The position numbers were made by a program, and so were the translations under genes. The notes under the pieces are model-generated. The model had not been told where the DNA came from and did not search any database. It worked only from the letters and a program-made list of their open reading frames with translations. Of a DNA stretch of 64,000 nucleotides, positions 55,928-64,000 are shown in pieces. Each line of letters starts with the position of its first letter. Positions within the stretch are counted from its first letter, which is position 1. This DNA comes from a bacterium (lineage in GTDB: Bacteria; Patescibacteriota; Minisyncoccia; UBA6257; JAUSGH01), in assembly GCA_030649055.1 (NCBI GenBank), contig JAUSGH010000007.1, positions 1,854-65,853 on the forward strand, in the 5' to 3' direction.

Positions 55928-57304
55928 ATGAAAAGCCGCGCTATCCTCTATATCCTCCTCGCCGCCGCGATCCTTGTCGCAGTCGCGGGATTTGTTGCTG
56001 ACTTCAAAAATACCGCCTTTTATGGCGGCGTGGACCTGCGTAACCGCGTCACCGCCGCGCGTGTCGCTCAAGAGTTAAAACAAGACCCGTATTTTTATAA
56101 ATGGTCGCCCAAAGAAAGCGACCGCTATCTTGATCCATCAGACAACACAGCAATCCCCGTCGCGCGCGTGACGGTGCCTCCGACCGTATTGCTTTTCCAA
56201 AACCTCATCTCGGCGCTCCCCTACGGCACCCAACGGTGGATTTGGTTTGCATTCCAATGGGCCGCGCTTATTGCGTCGCTCGCACTCCTCGCACAATACG
56301 TCTATCGCGTCAGCGAAGAATCATGTGCAAAGCGCAACCGTTTACTCGTCATAACGCTTGGATTGCTATTCATTTCCGGAAGTTCTTTTTGGCGGCTCCA
56401 TGTTGAACGCGGACAAATATATGTGTGGTATGTATCGCTCTTCAGCGCAGCGCTTTATTTATACAGTCGAGCAGAAGAAAAATCCTCCGCCCTTCAGGCA
56501 CCTCCTTTAACAAAGGAGGAATATGAGTGGCTTCCGCTCGCCGCGAGCGGACTCATTCTCGGCTACCTCATCAGCTTGCGCCCGCCGTTTATTTTTGCAA
56601 TTATCCCGTTTCTGCTTTATAAAAAATTCAAATTTGTATCATTCGTCGCTGCCGGCGCGCTAACAAGCGTCCTTATCACCGGATTATTTTTCCCGTTCGC
56701 GCTATGGAAAAGCTACGAACAATCGGCCACGTTTCAAGGCGCGATGCGTACGGATGCGGCAACGAACTTCACATCAGTTGGCGTTGATGTCGCCGAAGGC
56801 ATGAACATTCACGAATTCTTGAGCGTGCCCGGAGAAGACAGCTCGCTCCAACGCATCATCCGTGGTGCAACAGGACAATGGGTAGGAAGCGCGACGCTGG
56901 CGCTGCTGCTTGTTATCACAACCGCGCTTCTTGCGTTTTTTATGTATCGTTTCCATCCGTCGCTTTCTGTAGGGACAAATGATTTATTTCTTGCCGGCAT
57001 CGCATTTACCATGCTCGCGGAATTATTCATTCCCGCTCCGCGCTGGCCGTACGCGGACGTCATCTGGCTTATTCCTTTGGCATTGCTCGTACAAAAACTA
57101 AGCACAACGACACGCGGCACGTTACGCAGCACCGTGCTCGGCCTCATGCTTACGGGACTCATGCTTAATACCGGAGTACATGGCATCTCCCGGCTTACAC
57201 TCCTTGGCGAAGGTCTGTTTATCGGGGCATTGCTTCTTGCGCTTTTGAGTAAGGAAAAGAAATCCTCCGCCTTTCAGGCACCTCCTTTAGCAAAGGAGGA
57301 ATAA
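55928..57304 (+). CDS. GT87/DUF2029-like GT-C membrane glycosyltransferase with repeat-derived inserts
   Basis: GVDLRNR, DPY, VPP, ERGQ, LRP motifs; two SSA.QAPPL.KEE segments. Confidence 0.7.
   Translation: MKSRAILYILLAAAILVAVAGFVADFKNTAFYGGVDLRNRVTAARVAQELKQDPYFYKWSPKESDRYLDPSDNTAIPVARVTVPPTVLLFQNLISALPYGTQRWIWFAFQWAALIASLALLAQYVYRVSEESCAKRNRLLVITLGLLFISGSSFWRLHVERGQIYVWYVSLFSAALYLYSRAEEKSSALQAPPLTKEEYEWLPLAASGLILGYLISLRPPFIFAIIPFLLYKKFKFVSFVAAGALTSVLITGLFFPFALWKSYEQSATFQGAMRTDAATNFTSVGVDVAEGMNIHEFLSVPGEDSSLQRIIRGATGQWVGSATLALLLVITTALLAFFMYRFHPSLSVGTNDLFLAGIAFTMLAELFIPAPRWPYADVIWLIPLALLVQKLSTTTRGTLRSTVLGLMLTGLMLNTGVHGISRLTLLGEGLFIGALLLALLSKEKKSSAFQAPPLAKEE
56480..56520. repeat. Family D half-element inside CDS
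   Basis: aaatcctccgcccttcaggcacctcctttaacaaaggagga. Confidence 0.8.
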
Positions 57305-57361
57305 CAACAGGACGCATTCTCCCTTTTCTAAAGGGAGGGAACCGCTTGCGGTGAGGGATTT
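57260..57361. repeat. Family D element spanning convergent gene ends
   Basis: aaatcctccgcctttcaggcacctcctttagcaaaggagga...ctcccttttctaaagggag...gagggattt. Confidence 0.8.
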
Positions 57362-58680
57362 TTTCGCGTCCAACAAAGTAGCGTAATCGAATAAATCGCA
57401 AGCGTAAACAATATCGGATTCAACGGAATCCGCAGACGCGCGCCGCTGATGGGCGAAGAAAGCAACGCGTAAAGGAGAATTGCCACGACAAAAAATATCG
57501 TGGTTTTTTTGATTCTCCCTTCACGACGCCATTCAACAAACGGACTCACAATTGCGAGTAGCGCGACGATAATAAAAAAGAAGTTTGCAATCAGCGCGAG
57601 TAAAAGTACCGGATGCGCGGCAACGCGCCCCGCTGCGATAACAAAACGAAACGCACCGATGTCGTCGTAAAGTGCCTGCTCATCTTCATATCTAAACCCC
57701 AGCTGCGGGATAGAATAAAAAAAGTTATTATACGCCGCGTTTGTGAAAAGGCTCGGCATGTGCGTCACGTGAAACACCCCATAGGCGAAGGGGTATGCGC
57801 CGATAAACCGCACCGCCTTTGCTTGTATCTCGGGAATGCGCGATACGTCATAGCGGAAATTTACATCCAAAAGATCGTCGGGCGCAAGCGCCACCCCGCG
57901 CTCTGCAAAAAGTTTTGGGAAGTGCGCCTGAAGCCACAGAGAAAAATCCCCGGCGTTATACGCGTAAAGGTTGTATCCGGATTGCGAAGAAAAATCCCAC
58001 GTGTGAAGCGTGAGCCGATTGCGGATAATCCAGGGCGAAAGTATGACGAAGAAAACCGTAAGCGGCACAAGAAGCGCCCTCCATTCGCGCAACCGCGATC
58101 CCGCGAGCACATACGCGAACGGAATCATCACGACAAAAAACAAGGCGAATTGTTTTAAGAGTGCCGCAATCGCAAGTGCTACGGCGCCAACGAGAAGATC
58201 GCGAGGTTTCGCGCGCTGCACATAGAACGCAAAATTAAACATCGCAACAATAAACAGCAAACTAAAAAATGACTCGGTCATAATTTGTCCTCCGATAAGC
58301 GCGCCAAAAGGCTCAATGGCGAACATGAGCGCCGCGGCAAACACGATTTTTTCCGGAAAAATCCGCCGGCCAAGGAGAAATACGAGTACCGCGGCGCCGG
58401 ACATCACAATTGCCTGAATTGCCGCAAGGACATACCAGGAAATCCCAAACTTTACGAACGGCAAAAGTATCAGCGGATAAAGTGGCGTCCGGAAACTGTC
58501 GGGGCTCGGCGGCACGTCATAGCCCATAGAGTAAATGCCGTGGGTCAAAAGATTTTTTGCCGCCTGGATGTACGTGTAGCTATCGTGGTAGAGTAAAGAA
58601 TTTTCATCGGAAAAGGCAAAAAGAAAAACAACACGCGTGAGGAGCGCAATGGAAAAGATAAGTATGGCGGCGCGTTTCAT
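57328..58680 (-). CDS. GT-C (ArnT/PMT-like) membrane glycosyltransferase
   Basis: DSYTY..A.NL..G, RTPLYP, MTES, PWIIRN, ARLRIP. Confidence 0.8.
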   Translation of the reverse strand: MKRAAILIFSIALLTRVVFLFAFSDENSLLYHDSYTYIQAAKNLLTHGIYSMGYDVPPSPDSFRTPLYPLILLPFVKFGISWYVLAAIQAIVMSGAAVLVFLLGRRIFPEKIVFAAALMFAIEPFGALIGGQIMTESFFSLLFIVAMFNFAFYVQRAKPRDLLVGAVALAIAALLKQFALFFVVMIPFAYVLAGSRLREWRALLVPLTVFFVILSPWIIRNRLTLHTWDFSSQSGYNLYAYNAGDFSLWLQAHFPKLFAERGVALAPDDLLDVNFRYDVSRIPEIQAKAVRFIGAYPFAYGVFHVTHMPSLFTNAAYNNFFYSIPQLGFRYEDEQALYDDIGAFRFVIAAGRVAAHPVLLLALIANFFFIIVALLAIVSPFVEWRREGRIKKTTIFFVVAILLYALLSSPISGARLRIPLNPILFTLAIYSITLLCWTRKNPSPQAVPSL

Positions 58681-58695
58681 GAGAAACAAGGTTAG

Positions 58696-58751
58696 CCTTC
58701 GATAAACTCAGGCAATAAATTTTAACATTAGTTCCTGAGCCGGTCGAAGGA
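58696..58751. repeat. REP-like element, family C
   Basis: ccttcgataaactcagg...cctgagccggtcgaagg. Confidence 0.7.
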
Positions 58752-58755
58752 CTAC

Positions 58756-59493
<738 letters not shown>

Positions 59494-59496
<3 letters not shown>

Positions 59497-59540
59497 AGTG
59501 GTATTGGTCCTATTGGACTTATAAGTCCTATTAATCCTAT
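59494..59540 (-). repeat. 9-mer array linking rfbB stop to rfbA ATG
   Basis: Minus strand: ATAGGATTA ATAGGACTT ATAAGTCCA ATAGGACCA ATACCACT ATG. Confidence 0.78.
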
Positions 59541-60532
59541 ACAAGCTTCTTCGCAACCGCCTTCACCCAATCACCATTCTTTATATACCATTCTACGGTT
59601 TTTTGCAAGCCATCTTCAAAATTATGCGCCGGCTTATAGCCCAGTTCGCTCGCGGCCTTGGTGTAGTCAATAGCATAACGGAGATCGTGGCCCAGGCGGT
59701 CATTCACGTACGTGATGAGCGACTCGTCCTTCCCTACATGCCGCAAAATGGTTTTTACCACATCAATATTCGCCCGCTCCGCCCCTCCGCCGATGCAATA
59801 CGTCTCACCGACCCGTCCCTTAGTAATGATCAGCTCAACGCCACGGGAATGATCCTCCACATGCACCCAATCGCGTACATTCACGCCCCTACCATACACC
59901 GGCAAAGGTTTCCCTTGAAGCGCGTAAGTAATCATCAGCGGGATAAGTTTTTCCGGCGTCTGATACGGTCCATAGTTGTTACTGCAATTAGAAATAGTGA
60001 GCGGCAATCCGTAGGTATGCGCGTACGCGCGCGCGAGCATGTCAGATGCCGCCTTGGACGCGGCGTAGGGGCTGCTTGGTTGGTATGGTGATTGTTCATT
60101 AAACTTGCGCGTATCATCCAACGCCAAACTGCCGAACACCTCATCGGTTGAAACATGGTGAAAACGCGCTACCTTTGCCTCAAGCGCCGCCTGAAGCAGC
60201 ACTTGCGTACCCAACACATTCGTCACCACGAAGGGTGCCGCATCCGCAATGGAGCGGTCCACGTGGCTTTCCGCGGCAAAGTGCACCACGGTGTCCGCGC
60301 CTTTCATCGCCTCGCGGACAGTCGCGGGGTCGCAAATATCGCCATGTATAAATGCGTAGTTCGGATGCTTGGCGATCGCCTCAAGATTTTCCAAATGTCC
60401 GGCGTACGTCAGTTTATCAAGATTGACAATCTTGTCCTCGGGGTGGTGCTTCATCCAGTAATGGATGAAGTTGCTCCCGATAAACCCTGCACCACCCGTA
60501 ACAAGTATTTTCTTTTCTTTTTTTGTCGCCAT
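59537..60532 (-). CDS. rfbB: dTDP-glucose 4,6-dehydratase
   Basis: TGGAGFIGSNF, DKLTYAG, HFAAESHVDRS, STDEV, YAASKA, GHDLRYA. Confidence 0.95.
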   Translation of the reverse strand: MATKKEKKILVTGGAGFIGSNFIHYWMKHHPEDKIVNLDKLTYAGHLENLEAIAKHPNYAFIHGDICDPATVREAMKGADTVVHFAAESHVDRSIADAAPFVVTNVLGTQVLLQAALEAKVARFHHVSTDEVFGSLALDDTRKFNEQSPYQPSSPYAASKAASDMLARAYAHTYGLPLTISNCSNNYGPYQTPEKLIPLMITYALQGKPLPVYGRGVNVRDWVHVEDHSRGVELIITKGRVGETYCIGGGAERANIDVVKTILRHVGKDESLITYVNDRLGHDLRYAIDYTKAASELGYKPAHNFEDGLQKTVEWYIKNGDWVKAVAKKLV

Positions 60533-60623
60533 CAACGTGTTCATAAACACAAGTATGACCTCATACGTGGTGCGGGGTAAATCCAGCTCCGCCGGTAACT
60601 AAAAGTTTCATATGGTTTTTGTT

Positions 60624-60687
60624 GTCATTCTGAGTACAGCGAAGGATCTCCGGAGATTCTTCCTCGCTTATGGCGAGTCAGAATGAC
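60624..60687. repeat. REP-like element, family B
   Basis: gtcattctgag...gaaggatctc-cg-gagattcttc...tcagaatgac. Confidence 0.75.
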
Positions 60688-60702
60688 CGTGTGTACATAT
60701 AA

Positions 60703-61557
60703 CTATGCCACCACGGATGCGGTTTTCCCCTTCCGCACCAGTTCCCGCGCATGTGCAATCATAAGCGCAAGGAAATACACGTGCTGCCACATAGTAAAAA
60801 ATTCATAGCGGAACGGGGTAGTTTCCTTGAAACCGTGGAGTAAATACAGCCGCGGAATGCGCCAGAACAAAAAACCAAAAATAACGCGCAAACGGTAATA
60901 GATGCCCCAGCGGAAAAACGATGCCCATGAATCAAACGCCAATGTCTCAAACTCCCAGCGGGTATATTTTTTTTGATATTGCCAGTAGTTCCTGACGCGC
61001 TCCGACGAAATCCGGAAATCGTAAAAACTTTTCGTGGTGCCGACCCGATACTTCGTTTTGTCATACACGATATGATCGTGCACTTTCCCCTTAAAAAACG
61101 CGCCGGTTTTCCGGTTAAACAGTCGCAACTGATACGCGGGGTACACCGAGGCGTACTTCACGAGCTTGTCATCAATAAAAATCCTGCTCGGCATACGGTA
61201 TAGGAGATACGAGGGGTTGGGGTTCTCCACGATACTGCGGATTTCTTCAGCGGTATCGGGCAAGAGCGCATCGTCGGCGTCCATAAAAAAATACCAATCG
61301 TATGTCGCCGCGGCCATGTTCCGCATACGCACATTCGCCTTGTCCTTCACACAGGGCAAGTTCGGCTCGTCGGAATCATATTGCTTAATGATTTTCGCGC
61401 CGTATCTCCGCGCAACTTCAAGCGTATCATCAGTGCTGTTGCCGTCGCACACAATAATCTCGGCAAAATCCTTAAATGATTCAAGACACCGGCCAAGCGT
61501 TTTGCCGGCATTCAGCGTCAGGACTCCTACTGAACATGGGATTTTCTTAGAGCTCAT
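60703..61557 (-). CDS. Glycosyltransferase family 2 (beta-1,4-glucosyltransferase-like)
   Basis: LTLNA, CDGNSTD, MDADD, LRLF, VHD. Confidence 0.85.
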   Translation of the reverse strand: MSSKKIPCSVGVLTLNAGKTLGRCLESFKDFAEIIVCDGNSTDDTLEVARRYGAKIIKQYDSDEPNLPCVKDKANVRMRNMAAATYDWYFFMDADDALLPDTAEEIRSIVENPNPSYLLYRMPSRIFIDDKLVKYASVYPAYQLRLFNRKTGAFFKGKVHDHIVYDKTKYRVGTTKSFYDFRISSERVRNYWQYQKKYTRWEFETLAFDSWASFFRWGIYYRLRVIFGFLFWRIPRLYLLHGFKETTPFRYEFFTMWQHVYFLALMIAHARELVRKGKTASVVA

Positions 61558-61657
61558 AGTGTATAAAGTATTGTGTATCAAGAAGTGAGTATGGGCGCAA
61601 GGAGTGCATACAGCCTTCTTGATACTCTATACTTGATACCTCCCCACTTACAACCTC

Positions 61658-61686
61658 TTGACTTTCGTTGGCGTTTCAACTATACT
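61658..61686 (+). promoter_or_regulatory. Sigma70-type promoter
   Basis: TTGACT-17 bp-TATACT. Confidence 0.7.
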
Positions 61687-61772
61687 AGTCGTAGCACGAA
61701 TCGGCAATCAAACGCTTGTTTTCACTGCGGTGACGCGGTGCAAGCGTGGGTTCCATTTCAAAGAGGTGAAAC

Positions 61773-62501
61773 ATGCGCGGACAGCCGCTATCCTACGACG
61801 AGTGGGTGCTCGCACTCACCGAGATGGCCAAGGGGCGCGGGACATACGACAGGATCGGAGACGCCATCCCTCTCGCGCTCTCGGAGAACGAGGCAAAGCT
61901 CGCTGGGGAATTACTCTGCCGGGCAACGCCAACGCCAACACTCGAATGGCCGATTCTGAAGGCCATCTGGGATCACCGACTCATTCGGATGAATCCGATG
62001 GAGCTCTGGATCCTCGACAAGTCAATGTTCGAAACTGAAACTGACGAAACGCCGCGCGTTCTGCTCTCCCGCCGTCCCGACAACGATCCCTACTTCCCCG
62101 GCCAATGGCATAACCCGGGTGGCTACGTCGGGGGAGGAGAATCTACCGATAAGGCATGCGAACGAGTCGCACTCAAGGAGACCGGTGCGTCGCTCGAGAA
62201 CTGTGTGCTGATCGGAGTTGGCGACTTCGTGAATCTGAGTCGTGATCCCGAACTCTCGCTCATCTTCCTCTGCACGCTGGGTGACGCGCCGAAGCTTAGC
62301 GATACGCTTCGATGGTTCCCGGTCAACGAACTCCCGGAGAGCATGATGGAACATTCCAGGGCGATGCTCGAACAGCGCATAGTCCCTTATGTACAGATTG
62401 GGAGAAGGTACAGCACACACCAAGGCGCCTTACAAGCGCTGATGGAGATGGCTACGCTCATGCAACCACTCCAGATGCCGGACAACAAAAAAGTAAGGTA
62501 A
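61773..62501 (+). CDS. NUDIX hydrolase (variant box)
   Basis: LLSRR...GQWHNPGG.V.GGES...ACERVALKETG, RWF...LP. Confidence 0.78.
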   Translation: MRGQPLSYDEWVLALTEMAKGRGTYDRIGDAIPLALSENEAKLAGELLCRATPTPTLEWPILKAIWDHRLIRMNPMELWILDKSMFETETDETPRVLLSRRPDNDPYFPGQWHNPGGYVGGGESTDKACERVALKETGASLENCVLIGVGDFVNLSRDPELSLIFLCTLGDAPKLSDTLRWFPVNELPESMMEHSRAMLEQRIVPYVQIGRRYSTHQGALQALMEMATLMQPLQMPDNKKVR

Positions 62502-62523
62502 CCGTACAAGTACGCGAACGCGC

Positions 62524-62564
62524 GAAGCCCCGAGACCCACAAGGTCTTGGGGCTTCTACATTTT
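62524..62564 (+). terminator. Rho-independent terminator
   Basis: gaagccccgagacc-cacaa-ggtcttggggcttc then tacatttt. Confidence 0.72.
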
Positions 62565-62579
62565 CACCACCAACCACAA

Positions 62580-63368
62580 CTAATCCTTTGTCGCGAGCGC
62601 GAATAACATCTCTCGCATGTTTGGAAACGGTATCGCAAGCAACATCGCGATATGCCCCAATGCCTTTCGCGGATGAAGCAACCTCCGCCAGCTGAAAAAC
62701 GAATTTTGCGTGGTGATGGATACGGCAGAAAATCCGGTCCATTCAAGCATCGCGCGGAGTTCGGAAACAGTGAACTCTCTCCGATGTCCGGTAAAGTGCT
62801 CCCCACGGTCAAAATAATCTTTGATGTCCCACATAGGGCTCCGTCCGAACATAAACCGTGCTCTCCGCAACAGATTCGCAAGGTTCGGCGTCGTCACCAA
62901 AAACACACCTCCGGGTGTTAATACTCGTTGCACCTCAGCAAATAAACCTTTTGGCGAATGTAGCAAATGCTCAATAGTGGCGTCGGAGTTCACCGCGTCA
63001 AAGGCGCTGTTCTCAAACGGCAGCCGTGAAAGAATGTCGTGTTCAATGACGGTAATGCCGTACGCGTCCCAAACGCGCCGCAACGCCTTAAAATCCGCGA
63101 TGCGATACGGATTGTCGCTCGCGCTCGGAAAAATAAACTTATCAACGCCCGTTACTTTGCCCCCGAGTTTTTGGAGCGCAAGCGCCATAATACCGACGCC
63201 GCACCCGAGGTCAAGAATACGCTTGCCCCGAATAGCGTCACGGCTTCCTAAAAGTTCCAGCGAATATAAAAATCGCTTAAAATCCACCGCGTATGGAACG
63301 GAAAAATCGCCGAGGTCGCGATAAACCTCGCGCAACACCTTAGCGTACGTTTGCGAGGTACCATTCAT
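62580..63368 (-). CDS. Class I SAM-dependent methyltransferase
   Basis: ILDLGCGVG, IEHL, LTPGG..LVTTPN, H.REFT..EL. Confidence 0.88.
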   Translation of the reverse strand: MNGTSQTYAKVLREVYRDLGDFSVPYAVDFKRFLYSLELLGSRDAIRGKRILDLGCGVGIMALALQKLGGKVTGVDKFIFPSASDNPYRIADFKALRRVWDAYGITVIEHDILSRLPFENSAFDAVNSDATIEHLLHSPKGLFAEVQRVLTPGGVFLVTTPNLANLLRRARFMFGRSPMWDIKDYFDRGEHFTGHRREFTVSELRAMLEWTGFSAVSITTQNSFFSWRRLLHPRKALGHIAMLLAIPFPNMREMLFALATKD

Positions 63369-64000
63369 AAGTCATCTTGAGCCCTTGCGGCAAATCAATG
63401 CGGTGCTTCCAGCCCAGCCCGTGGAGCCGACCGACATCCAAAAGCTTCCTCGGTGTGCCGTCAGGCTTTGTAGTGTCCCACAAAATCTTGCCCTCGTAAC
63501 CGACAACACCCCCCACCAACTCGGCCAGCTCTTTAATGGACACGTCCTCTCCTGTTCCGATATTCACGATCTCAGGTTTGTCGTAATTATTCATGAGGAA
63601 TACGCAGGCGCCCGCGAGGTCGTCAACGTGCAAGAATTCCCGCTTCGGACTGCCCGTCCCCCACAATGTAAGCTCCGGCTTTTTGCCAAGCTTCGCCTCA
63701 TGAAACTTCCGAATCATCGCCGGAAGCACATGTGAAGTTTCCAAATCAAAATTGTCATTCTCGCCATACAAATTCGTCGGCATCACGGAAATGAAGTTTG
63801 CTCCATACTGCTCATGAAGTGATTGGCACAACACGATGCCCGCGATTTTTGCCACCGCGTACGCGCGGTTGGTCGGTTCAAGATCGCCGGTCAATAAATA
63901 CTCCTCCTTAATCGGCTGCGGGCACATCCGCGGATAAATGCACGAGCTCCCCAAAAACAAAAGTTTTTTGACGCCGTTCGCGTACGCTCCGTGAACGACA
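63340..64000 (-). CDS. fcl: GDP-L-fucose synthase (partial, 5' end outside window)
   Basis: FLGSSCIYP, LEPTN..YA.AK, MPTNLYG.NDNF, SHVLPA, REFLHVDD, KPDGTPRK. Confidence 0.93.
   Translation of the reverse strand, partial: VVHGAYANGVKKLLFLGSSCIYPRMCPQPIKEEYLLTGDLEPTNRAYAVAKIAGIVLCQSLHEQYGANFISVMPTNLYGENDNFDLETSHVLPAMIRKFHEAKLGKKPELTLWGTGSPKREFLHVDDLAGACVFLMNNYDKPEIVNIGTGEDVSIKELAELVGGVVGYEGKILWDTTKPDGTPRKLLDVGRLHGLGWKHRIDLPQGLKMTYEWYLANVR

Overview
Bacterial genomic DNA, most consistent with a Patescibacteria (CPR, Parcubacteria-like) genome. This is inferred from gene style, the general lack of Shine-Dalgarno sites and a Ser/Thr-rich 'ASTT' surface protein; no marker gene is present. About 55 kb is one very large, mostly minus-strand cell-surface glycosylation locus. 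It holds a pseudaminic-type nonulosonate pathway with a WbuX/HisH/HisF amidination module, and a DmpF/DmpG/YerE-like branched-sugar module with a 3-dehydratase. It also holds rmlAB, fcl, wecB, a Wzx flippase, an O-antigen-ligase/TPR protein, about 7 GT-C-like membrane proteins and about 5 polyprenyl-phosphate-type GT2s. Several unrelated modules are embedded in it: (i) a self-contained three-gene ubiquitin-like conjugation operon (coiled-coil/E2-like, ThiF/E1, Ubl ending -GS) with no JAB peptidase, the best candidate for an undescribed system; (ii) a three-part ATP-citrate lyase interrupted by a four-helix-bundle gene held inside a long inverted repeat; (iii) a GIY-YIG nuclease bracketed by REP-like palindromes, with empty copies elsewhere. 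At least four palindromic repeat families occur, some translated in frame inside proteins. Short 7/8/9-mer arrays supply the stop and start codons at many gene junctions. No rRNA, tRNA, CRISPR array or reverse transcriptase was seen. All product calls come from motif recognition, not database searches.
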